Below are positions 28,446 to 37,616 of a stretch of DNA of 64,000 nucleotides, one piece after another; positions within the stretch are counted from its first letter, which is position 1, and every line of letters starts with the position of its first letter. The translations under genes and the position numbers were made by a program. This DNA comes from a bacterium (GTDB taxonomy: Bacteria > DRYD01): assembly GCA_039630415.1 (NCBI GenBank), contig JBCNVB010000025.1:11419-75418 (forward strand). The letters are read 5' to 3'. The notes below the pieces were generated by a model. It searched no databases, was not told where the DNA came from, and was given only the letters and a program-made list of their open reading frames with translations.

Positions 28446-29121
28446 AGTCAAAATAAAATTAAAGAATGTAACAAAATTTTACACCAGTGGACAAGAAAAA
28501 ATTATGGTTTTAAATAACATTAACATAGAAATCATGGAGGGAGATTTTATAGTTCTAATGGGTCCAAGTGGAGCAGGTAAAACTACCCTCCTATTTGTAA
28601 TCTCAGGTTTGGAAAGACCAACTCTAGGAAATGTATTCTGGGATAATGTACCTATAGATACCCTCAACGATAGCGAAATACAGAATTATAGATTGCAAAA
28701 AATTGGATTTGTATTTCAAAATTATTATCTCATTCCTTCCTTGACAGCTATAGAAAATGTATGTTTACCTATGATGCTTTTAAACCGACTAAACTATAAT
28801 CAAATACAAAGGATATCGAAAAATTTGTTAGAAAAAGTAGGTATACCAGCTAGTAGACATAATGATTTGGTATCAAAATTTTCGGGGGGTCAAATGCAGA
28901 GAATAGCTATAGCCAGAGCCTTAGCTAATAACCCCGATATAATTATAGCAGACGAACCCACAGGTAATTTAGATACCAAAAATGCTAAGAATATCATGGA
29001 ACTACTAACCCAAGTAAATAAGGAATTAGGTAAGACAATAATTTTAGCTACTCACGATCCCAAAATAGCCTCCTTCGCAGACAAAGTAGCATTTATTCAA
29101 GACGGAAAGATATCTTACTAA
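28438..29121 (+). CDS. ABC transporter ATP-binding protein (LolD/MacB/FtsE-like)
   Basis: Walker A GPSGAGKTT, Q-loop, FSGGQMQRIAIARAL, Walker B IIIADEPT, H-loop ATHD. Confidence 0.9.
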   Translation: MGKVKIKLKNVTKFYTSGQEKIMVLNNINIEIMEGDFIVLMGPSGAGKTTLLFVISGLERPTLGNVFWDNVPIDTLNDSEIQNYRLQKIGFVFQNYYLIPSLTAIENVCLPMMLLNRLNYNQIQRISKNLLEKVGIPASRHNDLVSKFSGGQMQRIAIARALANNPDIIIADEPTGNLDTKNAKNIMELLTQVNKELGKTIILATHDPKIASFADKVAFIQDGKISY

Positions 29122-29124
29122 GCA

Positions 29125-31290
29125 ATGAATCAAAACAATATTAATCCAGAAAAAACAATATCAGAGAAAACTATAGTAGCAAATCAACCTAAGCAACCTT
29201 ACCTTACAATACCTGAGCTCAAAAAGTGGAGAAATTATACCGTCGTTAAAAAAATCAAAGAAAACAACCAGTGCTGCCTATTCCTAATTAAAGATAATAA
29301 CAAAGATCTAATCTTGAAAGTATTCTATCCATTTTCTCCATTTAATTTGGAAACAATAATGAAAATAGCAGAGATATCAAAAAAGGCGGATTTCCCACCC
29401 TACCTTACGAAAATTATCGACTATGGCTATAGTGAAGAGTTCAAATCCTACTACATCGTAGAAGAATACCTACCAGAAAAAGATCTACTTGAGTACTACT
29501 CCCAAAACCCCCTTTCCCCAGAGCAAATCAAAGAACTAGCAAAACAAATAAATGAAGCACTCAACTATCTCCATAAAAACGAAATAATTCACCTAGATAT
29601 AAAACCATCGAACATCTTAATAAGATCCAAAAATCCTCTGATTTTTTCAATAACCGATTACAATATATCAAGCTATAAACCCAAAGAAGTAGACATAAAA
29701 TTAACAACGTTTAAGTTAACCCCTGCATACGCTGCTCCAGAAAGATTTACAAACATACTAACAGAAAAATCTGATTATTGGTCACTCGGAATAACAATCC
29801 TGGAAGTTCTAATCCAGAAAAATCCATTTGAAAATATAGAACCTAATCTAATCCTGTACAGGATCCTTACCCAAGGAGTGGAAATACCCAAATCAATAGA
29901 TCCATACTTTCATAGAATGCTTCAGGGCTTACTAAATACAAACCCAGAAAAAAGATGGGGTTACCAAGAACTAAAAGACTACTTAGAAGGTAAGCAAGTT
30001 AGTGTACAAATACCTCAACCAGAGTATAAAATAAAATATAAAAATAAAGAATATCACTCTATTGAAGAACTTCTACTGAGTTTCCTAAAAAACTACGAAG
30101 AATTCAGAAATGGAGTAAATTTTATTCAATCTCCAGAAATAGATAATCTCCTTCCCCCCCAAGATTCAAAACTTCTTAAAGAACTTAAACAAAGAATAAA
30201 TGATAAAGAAATAGTTCTAAATCTTTTCATTAGTTACAAATTTCCATCATTGCCTCCTTATGTTTGTTCCCAAAAACTAACATTTGACACTATCATGAAC
30301 ACTATACGAAAAGTGGCCAACAAAGAATACCTTAACTATGAGGACAAAAAAATTATCCAGTTAATAGCTAATTTTGTTGAAAACAAAAGTCCCAACATAA
30401 ATGAAATATATGATTTCTATAAAGATAAGCACTCTGATAAAGACTTAGAGAGTTTCTTGTTCAACTTAAAAAAATTCATTACACCACCTCATATAGATGA
30501 ACAATCATTATATAAATTATGTTTTACTATCGTAGCAGTACACGACAAAAAATACTATTTACCTAGCAATTTTGTTAATTTTAAGATTAATCGAGATTTA
30601 CTAAATGTTTATCTTCCTATAGTAGAAGACCTACTTACTATAGAGGACTACAATAATTTAAGAACAACGATTACTCCAGAGAATCAATATTTTTCCACTT
30701 TTCAATTGCTTCCAAACTTACCAATAAACCAATTTTTACCTTTGTCAGAAAATCTTAAAAAAAATCTAAATCAGATTACAAAGACAGTTAGCCAGCAAAG
30801 AAGCCAAAAAGATTATTGGATTAAGATCTTAAAAGTTCTTAACAGATATCTTGTAAGGTACGGAATCCCAAATAGTCAAGTGGAATACTACTTAAGATTT
30901 CCCCAAACACTAAATGATCAAACTTTTAATATGGTTTATGAAAGATCAATCGATATGATATATTACAGAGTTAACTATCAAGGCAGAAGACAACCTTCTT
31001 ATACCCTTGCTATAGCTCCAGTGTTTATACTAGTAATATTCTCATTCTTTGTAATGTTTATCTCCATAATTTTATGCTCATTAATGAGTTATCCACAAAG
31101 ATACATATACGGAGACTTTCTACTTATTTGCTTTCTATGTGGGTTCTTTAGTTTAGTAGCTTCTCCAATAATTGGTGTTATTCTAACTACTGTTCAAGCT
31201 ATTCGCTCTTCACTTGTAAGATCAAATACAATAATAACAAGAGAACAGATTAAACAACGAATAGAATTTGAAGCACAGTATGAACCATAA
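29125..31290 (+). CDS. atypical Ser/Thr kinase-like protein with a long unknown region and C-terminal TM helices
   Basis: HLDIKPSNILI catalytic loop and APERF, but no Gly-rich loop and DYN in place of DFG. About three C-terminal hydrophobic helices. Confidence 0.75.
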   Translation: MNQNNINPEKTISEKTIVANQPKQPYLTIPELKKWRNYTVVKKIKENNQCCLFLIKDNNKDLILKVFYPFSPFNLETIMKIAEISKKADFPPYLTKIIDYGYSEEFKSYYIVEEYLPEKDLLEYYSQNPLSPEQIKELAKQINEALNYLHKNEIIHLDIKPSNILIRSKNPLIFSITDYNISSYKPKEVDIKLTTFKLTPAYAAPERFTNILTEKSDYWSLGITILEVLIQKNPFENIEPNLILYRILTQGVEIPKSIDPYFHRMLQGLLNTNPEKRWGYQELKDYLEGKQVSVQIPQPEYKIKYKNKEYHSIEELLLSFLKNYEEFRNGVNFIQSPEIDNLLPPQDSKLLKELKQRINDKEIVLNLFISYKFPSLPPYVCSQKLTFDTIMNTIRKVANKEYLNYEDKKIIQLIANFVENKSPNINEIYDFYKDKHSDKDLESFLFNLKKFITPPHIDEQSLYKLCFTIVAVHDKKYYLPSNFVNFKINRDLLNVYLPIVEDLLTIEDYNNLRTTITPENQYFSTFQLLPNLPINQFLPLSENLKKNLNQITKTVSQQRSQKDYWIKILKVLNRYLVRYGIPNSQVEYYLRFPQTLNDQTFNMVYERSIDMIYYRVNYQGRRQPSYTLAIAPVFILVIFSFFVMFISIILCSLMSYPQRYIYGDFLLICFLCGFFSLVASPIIGVILTTVQAIRSSLVRSNTIITREQIKQRIEFEAQYEP

Positions 31291-31295
31291 ATTCT

Positions 31296-31895
31296 TTAGA
31301 AAGGGGAATTACCTTGACTATCTCCTCTGCCCCCACCAGAACACACAGAAATAAAATTTATTAAAACTATCAAATCACTAAAAAGATTATCAAAATTAAT
31401 ATCAAAGAATACTAAAAACTCATCTTTTTGCTTATGCTTAAAAATCATGATATACTTATGATCTATGTTTGAGTTGTATATGACATTATCTTGAGCAGTA
31501 GAAACTGCAAAATACATACAAAATGGTAGAGGATTAAAAGTTAAGGGATTGGTATCAGTTATGAATTTACTCTCGAAAATCTTAGTTTTACCCTTGTCAG
31601 GTATTTCTGAAAAGAGCTTATAAGCATTTATTGAAGATGAAGAGATATATCTCAAATCCGGAAAAATACCTATCTCTATTCGCTTATTCTTTAATATATC
31701 CGACTTTGATATGATTGGATTAGAGTATACCACTATCAAGGTATACTTACCAGGTGGTATAGAAAGCAGGTAATAATTGTAGTTTTTCATTTTTGAAGCT
31801 ATAAAATCTGGTATTCCATTAGGTACAATTTTAAAGGAAGATGTAAGAAAGAGCCAAGGGATTATGAGTAGTAAAATTAACAAAATGCGTTTCAT
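31296..31895 (-). CDS. secreted hypothetical protein
   Basis: 199-aa ORF with a signal-peptide-like N-terminus. Confidence 0.45.
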   Translation of the reverse strand: MKRILLILLLIIPWLFLTSSFKIVPNGIPDFIASKMKNYNYYLLSIPPGKYTLIVVYSNPIISKSDILKNKRIEIGIFPDLRYISSSSINAYKLFSEIPDKGKTKIFESKFITDTNPLTFNPLPFCMYFAVSTAQDNVIYNSNIDHKYIMIFKHKQKDEFLVFFDINFDNLFSDLIVLINFISVCSGGGRGDSQGNSPF

Positions 31896-31896
31896 A

Positions 31897-32235
31897 CTAG
31901 TAAAGTCCTATCATTTCTTTTATATAATCTTCCGCCATTATTCTAGGATCATATTCTGGTGTCCAAACAAGGTTTACTGATATGTTTTGAAAATCTTTGT
32001 AACCCTTCAAAGTATCTTCAATTTGATTAAGCATAATATCTCCCCATGGACAAGCTGGAGTTGTTAATGTAACATCCACTTCAAGAGCTTTTTTATCCAG
32101 ATCGTATCTTATATCGTAAACTAGTCCCAAGTCAACTATACTTAGCCCTAGTTCAGGATCCTGAATAGGTGCAAGCAATTCAAGTATCTCCTTTACTATC
32201 GGATCATCAAGCTCTCTCAAGTTTCTCCAAGCCAT
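31897..32235 (-). CDS. DUF59 / SufT-like Fe-S assembly protein
   Basis: DPELGLSIVDLGLVYDI and TLTTPACP motifs. Confidence 0.75.
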   Translation of the reverse strand: MAWRNLRELDDPIVKEILELLAPIQDPELGLSIVDLGLVYDIRYDLDKKALEVDVTLTTPACPWGDIMLNQIEDTLKGYKDFQNISVNLVWTPEYDPRIMAEDYIKEMIGLY

Positions 32236-32261
32236 TTTGATCTCCTCCCAATTATGGTTTT

Positions 32262-33395
32262 TTACAAAAATATCTTTTTCCCTACCACTTCCTCATCTCT
32301 ACTTGAAGATACTATAACTTGTGGATAATTCTGCATAATTCTTATCATCTTTAGCGTGTTCTCTTTATCTAGAAAAACAAATGGCTCGTCCAACAAAAGA
32401 ATAGGATAGTAATTGTATTTTCGTTTTACTTGTTTAACCAAACTAAAGAAAAACAGTAAGATAAACATATTTATTTGACTTTGAGAAAATATATGCTTAA
32501 CAAAATATTGTCTACCCTTCATACCAATGATAAACTCAAAGTTATCCCTATTTGAACTCACTATAACCTTTTGTTTTTCCAACTCTTGTTCTCTGTACTT
32601 TTCCAGACCCATTTGATAATCCTCAGCTAAACTACTAGTCAATACATTTAAATCTAGCCTTGAATTTTCTAGCCCAGAATTCAGTGATATTCTGAAAGTT
32701 CTATTTGAAACAGTACTGTACAAAATAACAATTTCATCTATTTCTTTCCAAATTTTTTTAGATGCAAGGTAAAGATCATTTATAATTGTTGACAAGTAAA
32801 ATATGCGTTTAGCAGAGATATACGAAGAATACTTGATTATTCTTTTGTTTATCGATTCGAGTACCTCTTGATAGGAACCTGTTTTTAGAATACTTGTCTT
32901 TTGTTTAAGCACTTTTTTGTAATCGTTGTAGTATTTAGAATAATCCTCATCAACAGTTAGTATAAATCTATCTATTACCTTTCTCTTACTTTCTGGGTCG
33001 TTGGAAGAAATATCAAATACATTGATGAAATTAGGGACTAAAAATTTTTGTTTGATATCAATTAATCTCTGAATAGCTTTACCGTTGTGATATATTTTTT
33101 TCTCAAATTGTTCTGAAGAATCATTATTATTTTTTTTTCTTTGTAGAACAATAGAAAGGTTATGAAGTATTTGATTTAGTTCAATCTGAATAAAAATTGA
33201 AGCACTATCCTGATTGAAAGATATTGGATTATAAGGATTGATCAATTCACCAGAAAAGCAAAAAAGGATGGACTCAAGCAAAGATGTTTTACCAATTGAG
33301 TTCTTCCCTATTATCCAGTTTATTCCCCGCTCAAACTCAAAATCACCCTTAGAAAATATCCTATAATTTTCCAAAACTAACTTCTTTATAATCAT
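32262..33395 (-). CDS. recF: DNA replication/repair protein RecF
   Basis: L.LENYR, Walker A GKNSIGKTSLLESI, C-terminal LLLDEPF.FLD. Confidence 0.75.
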   Translation of the reverse strand: MIIKKLVLENYRIFSKGDFEFERGINWIIGKNSIGKTSLLESILFCFSGELINPYNPISFNQDSASIFIQIELNQILHNLSIVLQRKKNNNDSSEQFEKKIYHNGKAIQRLIDIKQKFLVPNFINVFDISSNDPESKRKVIDRFILTVDEDYSKYYNDYKKVLKQKTSILKTGSYQEVLESINKRIIKYSSYISAKRIFYLSTIINDLYLASKKIWKEIDEIVILYSTVSNRTFRISLNSGLENSRLDLNVLTSSLAEDYQMGLEKYREQELEKQKVIVSSNRDNFEFIIGMKGRQYFVKHIFSQSQINMFILLFFFSLVKQVKRKYNYYPILLLDEPFVFLDKENTLKMIRIMQNYPQVIVSSSRDEEVVGKKIFL

Positions 33396-33397
33396 AT

Positions 33398-34192
33398 TTA
33401 CGAATTTAAAGTAACATGATAGAGTTGAATTATTTGATCGATAGATAGCTCAATAGGTCTTTTTCTTAAAACATCCATATCTTTGATTTTACTCTTTTCC
33501 GAATCAGTCAAAACATTGGATAATATCCTCTTTTTACTTTTAAAAATTCTAAATATAAACTTGTTTAGTTTTTCACAATATACTGGATTCCTGAGATTTT
33601 TTAGGAATATTATTTGTGAAAAGACTTTTGGTGGAGGATCATATTTAGAAGGATGGATTATTATTCCCTTTTGAATTTCCCACCCTATTTTGAAAACTAT
33701 CCCCAATGGATTATCAGCTTTTGATATTTTATCCACAACTTCCTTTTGTAAATTTAAACAAACACTATCTATTCTAAAATAATTCTCCATGATTTTTCTT
33801 AAAACCATACCCGTTATATAGAAAGGTATGTTGCCTATTAGATATATGTTTTCATATTGCAGTGATATCTTTTGGAATTCAATTGTTTGTATCTCTATTT
33901 GCAAATTACTAAGTGTTTTATCAAGTTTTTCTTGCATTTTTTGATTAAGCTTTCTAAGATAACGATAATCTATTTCATTGAGTATTACTTTTTGGGGTAA
34001 TTTTTCTGATGGTAAGTTAGCTATTTTATTGAGTAAAGGTATGGTTAGTGTTCCTTCACCTGCGCCTATCTCAAACAAAATATATGGTTTATCAGGTATC
34101 CTACTTACTACAAAATCTGCTATCTTTTCTATTGTTTCTTTATCCTTTAAGAAGTGTTGAGCTATGCTCTTTCTTTTTCTTATTGGTAACAT
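33398..34192 (-). CDS. rsmA: 16S rRNA dimethyladenosine transferase RsmA/KsgA
   Basis: QHFL.D, EIGAGEGTLT, GNIPFYIT. Confidence 0.85.
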   Translation of the reverse strand: MLPIRKRKSIAQHFLKDKETIEKIADFVVSRIPDKPYILFEIGAGEGTLTIPLLNKIANLPSEKLPQKVILNEIDYRYLRKLNQKMQEKLDKTLSNLQIEIQTIEFQKISLQYENIYLIGNIPFYITGMVLRKIMENYFRIDSVCLNLQKEVVDKISKADNPLGIVFKIGWEIQKGIIIHPSKYDPPPKVFSQIIFLKNLRNPVYCEKLNKFIFRIFKSKKRILSNVLTDSEKSKIKDMDVLRKRPIELSIDQIIQLYHVTLNS

Positions 34193-36285
34193 TTTATTCT
34201 ACAATCGACTACAAACACACCCTCTTGATTTATAATTAATGGATTTATCTCAAACTCTTCTATCTCATCAATATTACTAATTATGTTCGAGAGCTTATTT
34301 ACAGTCTCTATAAACTGAGTTTTACTATATTTTTTACCCCTAAAACCTTCAAATATTTTTGATATTTTGATTGATTCTAGCATTGAATCTAATTGGAAGT
34401 TGTCCAAGGGTAACAAACCAACACCATAGTTCTTATATAGCTCAACAAATATACCGCCTATACCCAGTATTACTAACGTTTTGCCTATTTTATTACTTTT
34501 TCTCATCCCAAGGATTAGTTCTATATCGTTTGGTATCATTTTTTGAATAATCATTTTGGGATAAATTTGGCTAATTTCTTGAATTTTTTGGCGTAGGTCT
34601 TGCTCATCTTTTATATTAAGATATATGGCTTTACTATCTGTTTTATGAATAATGTAGGGTGAAGCCGTTTTGAGAACAACAGGATACTCTAACAAATCCA
34701 GATTTACTTCCTGAGAATCTGAAATCGTTAAAGTTTGAGGCATTTTCACACCAGCATTTTGAAGTATTTTCACAACATTAAAGGGATCTAAAAAACCATT
34801 TATCTTTTGATCTTGACTTACTATTTGTTTTACGTATTCTATATCAAAACCCAGATCACGCAAAACAAAATTAGTTCTTTCAAATAATATCTTTGTTCTG
34901 TTTTGATTGTAGTCATAGATTAATCTCAAAGTCTTAGCTAAATGCTCAGGATATACAAACACAGGTATTTTTGATAAATGTATATATTCATACTCTTTTT
35001 GAGATACATCCAAAGCAAACATACAGGATAAAGCAGCTATGTTATTTTGCTCCAATTCCGATGATAGGTTGTATAGAGTTTTACATACTTCTTCCATATT
35101 TATAGTTGATTGTTGACCTATGTTTATGATCAAATAATCGTATTCATTTTTGAAATCTATAAGGGTTTTAACAGTTTGGTATACTCTGTTGTGGTCAGCA
35201 TCACCCACTATATCGATTGGATTATTTAAAGCCGCGGGTGCGGGTAAAAATTCCGAAAGCTTACTCTTAAGAGCTTCCGATATTCTATTTACCTCAAAAC
35301 CATTTTTTATTACAAAATCAGTATTTATCACTGCACATCCACCACAATTTGACATTATCAACACTCTTTTACCTCTTTGCTTCAGAAACTCCGGATTTTT
35401 TTCAAGGGTAGAGATAGTAAAATAGAGTTCCTCAATAGTTTGTGTGTATATACAGCCAGTTTTGTTAAACAGGGCTTTGTAATAGTCGTTTGTTTCAGTG
35501 ATTGCTGCGGTGTGGGAAGATGAAGCTACACTTCCCTCTTGTGTTTGTCCCCCCTTAAAAACTACTATCGGTTTTCCTTTTTCTAGTAACCTATACGCTA
35601 CATCCTCAAAACCTTCAAAATCTTTTATATCCTCTACATACAAAGCTATTATCCTAGTTGATTCATCATTTTCCAAATACTCCAAAAAGTGTACTTCATT
35701 TAGAACAGCTTTATTTCCAACACTTATAAGCTTACTTATACCCTGCTTAAATTTGATTAAATGTTTAATAATACCAATAGAAAAGCCTCCACTTTGGGAA
35801 ATAATCGAGATAGAACCCTTATACGGCATACCTTTAGTAGCAAATGAAGCATTGAGTTTATAGTAGGTATTAATTACTCCTACACAGTTTGGTCCTAAAA
35901 CAGTCAGCCCATACTTTTGAGTGAGTTCTTTAATTTTGATTTCCTGATCAACATTGCCAGTTTCAGCAAACCCACTAGATATGATTATAAAATTTTTTAT
36001 ACCTATCTTAGCAGCATCTTCTAATACTTCCATAGCAATGCTGGGTTTTAAAATCAGTATAGCTACATCTACCATATCAGGTATATCCTCAATTTTGGGA
36101 TAACACCTTATTCCCTTAATTGCCTTTATTTTAGGATTTACCGGATAAACTACCCCCTCATAACCATTATCCACTATGTTTTCCATCAAAGAATAGCTTA
36201 TATGCTCAGGATTACTTGAAAGACCTATTATAGCTATCTTAGATGGTTTTAGAAGTAGATCTAAGTTGTACAACGTGTTTATCAT
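34180..36285 (-). CDS. ADP-forming acetyl-CoA synthetase / acyl-CoA synthetase (fused alpha-beta)
   Basis: PSKIAIIGLS CoA-binding domain, GPNCVG, QSGG, SSSHTAA, C-terminal ATP-grasp. ATG at 36285 is preceded by GGAGG; the tracked start at 36411 is less likely. Confidence 0.85.
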   Translation of the reverse strand: MINTLYNLDLLLKPSKIAIIGLSSNPEHISYSLMENIVDNGYEGVVYPVNPKIKAIKGIRCYPKIEDIPDMVDVAILILKPSIAMEVLEDAAKIGIKNFIIISSGFAETGNVDQEIKIKELTQKYGLTVLGPNCVGVINTYYKLNASFATKGMPYKGSISIISQSGGFSIGIIKHLIKFKQGISKLISVGNKAVLNEVHFLEYLENDESTRIIALYVEDIKDFEGFEDVAYRLLEKGKPIVVFKGGQTQEGSVASSSHTAAITETNDYYKALFNKTGCIYTQTIEELYFTISTLEKNPEFLKQRGKRVLIMSNCGGCAVINTDFVIKNGFEVNRISEALKSKLSEFLPAPAALNNPIDIVGDADHNRVYQTVKTLIDFKNEYDYLIINIGQQSTINMEEVCKTLYNLSSELEQNNIAALSCMFALDVSQKEYEYIHLSKIPVFVYPEHLAKTLRLIYDYNQNRTKILFERTNFVLRDLGFDIEYVKQIVSQDQKINGFLDPFNVVKILQNAGVKMPQTLTISDSQEVNLDLLEYPVVLKTASPYIIHKTDSKAIYLNIKDEQDLRQKIQEISQIYPKMIIQKMIPNDIELILGMRKSNKIGKTLVILGIGGIFVELYKNYGVGLLPLDNFQLDSMLESIKISKIFEGFRGKKYSKTQFIETVNKLSNIISNIDEIEEFEINPLIINQEGVFVVDCRIKCYQ

Positions 36286-37053
36286 TTTGACTACCTCCCC
36301 TACAGTATTTTTGGTATATTTCTCTTGAAAGAATATTGTTTTTGGTATGGGTTGGATTATGCAAATAAAAGATTCCTTTGAAGTAGGGAACAGCAGTAGT
36401 ATATAGATCACCCAAAAAATCTATTATTTTATGATAGTTCAAATGATGGGGATTAGGGTTAGTTTTATTTACACTGAGTATGATAGTATTTGTAATATCT
36501 GCTCCTTTGGCTAAATTCATCGATTCAAATATGTAGTAATCTTGTAAATACCCAAAGGTTTTTGAAGGTAGTAAAAGTTCACCTTCTTGCCAGTAAACTA
36601 ATGTTTTATTTTTTGTTTTTGGATCTTGCCAAAAACAATAAACACCGAAATTATCAGAAGGATAAACTTTGTAGTCCAATACTTCTAAGTACTGGTCTAT
36701 GTTTACAAAAGGTGCTGGCTCTTGTAAAATTAACTCGTTACCCTCTAGTAAGTTTAGGAAATCTGATATACTTCCGTCCAGAATTGGTATTTCTGAGCCT
36801 ATAACCTCTATTGCAATCCTGTCTATCTTTTTGATAAATAGAGCACATAAAATATGCTCTATTGTTTTGGATATCTCTATGTCTGTACTTGAAGTGGTAT
36901 TTATTACCTTATAGGGATCTAGGATGAGATTTTTTTTTTATTCAAAAAGGTTATTGGTTTATCGTAAGGATGCAAGACTACCTTTGTTTTAAGGTTTGTA
37001 TGTATTCCTTTGCCTACTATGGTTATTTTATACTTTATAGTTTTCGAATTCAT
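36239..37053 (-). CDS. lpxC: UDP-3-O-acyl-GlcNAc deacetylase LpxC, interrupted as sequenced by a 1-nt frame break in an A10 run (plus-strand T10 at 36930..36939)
   Basis: My own minus-strand translation. ATG at 37053 gives MNSKTIKYKITIVGKGIHTNLKTKVVLHPYDKPITFLNKKK. After a -1 shift it continues NLILDPYKV...TIEHILCAL...EVIGSEIPILDGS...TFGY...HKIIDFLGDLY. This is collinear with LpxC, including the zinc ligands. Confidence 0.8.
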
Positions 37054-37071
37054 TTTGGTGGTGAGCTTTTA

Positions 37072-37371
37072 TTAGAATATGTTGGGTAGATTCATACTAG
37101 ACATCATTTTTGCCACGGCATTATTTCCTGCTTCTTTTGATTTATTTAGTGCATCATTTGTAGCTACCAAGATAAGATCCTCAAGTAGAGATACGTCTTC
37201 TTTTATTAGTTCAGGATCTATTTTAACTTGCATGATTTCTTGCAATCCATTGCATACTACTTTAACTTTTCCGTTTGCAGCTACTCCTTCGAAGGTTTGG
37301 GAGGCCATTTCTTTTTGCATCTTATTCATCATATTTTGTACTTGGTTTAGGAGAGATTTGTTGAATTGCAT
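37072..37371 (-). CDS. ybaB: YbaB/EbfC nucleoid-associated protein
   Basis: MQFNKSLLNQVQNMMNKMQKEM...G.V.V..NG......KIDPEL...D...LEDLI..A.NDA. The tracked upstream start lies inside tRNA-Ser. Confidence 0.85.
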   Translation of the reverse strand: MQFNKSLLNQVQNMMNKMQKEMASQTFEGVAANGKVKVVCNGLQEIMQVKIDPELIKEDVSLLEDLILVATNDALNKSKEAGNNAVAKMMSSMNLPNIF

Positions 37372-37381
37372 TGGACAAGAG

Positions 37382-37473
37382 CGGAGAGGACGGGATTCGA
37401 ACCCGTGGTGTCGCCTATTAAGCGACACTCTCGCTTAGCAGGCGAGCGCCTTCGACCACTCGGCCACCTCTCC
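37382..37473 (-). tRNA. tRNA-Ser (anticodon GCU), long variable arm, no encoded CCA
   Basis: Acceptor GGAGAGG/CCTCTCC, anticodon stem CTCGC/GCGAG with loop CTGCTAA, long extra arm, T loop TTCGAAT. Confidence 0.9.
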
Positions 37474-37616
37474 TTTCAACCCCCTCCCTTTCTTATTCTA
37501 AATAACACCCTAAATCCCTCCTACTAACTCAACTCTTCAAAGGATCCTTTACAACAAAACTAGAATAATATAATCAAAAACTACCTCTAACAGCAATACT
37601 TCGTAGGAGGAAAATT

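Noticed and set aside
36562-36914. Plus-strand ORFs 36562..36804 and 36699..36914
   Set aside because: They lie antisense to the reconstructed lpxC reading frames, which carry strong family motifs.
37079-37438. 119-aa plus-strand ORF, and the 5' extension of the ybaB ORF to 37428
   Set aside because: Both run through tRNA-Ser (37382..37473) or lie antisense to ybaB. The conserved YbaB sequence starts at the ATG at 37371.
37548-37574. Promoter-like TTTACA ... TATAAT upstream of sucD
   Set aside because: The spacer is only 15 nt by my count, which is outside the usual 16-18 nt. It is too weak to list as a feature.
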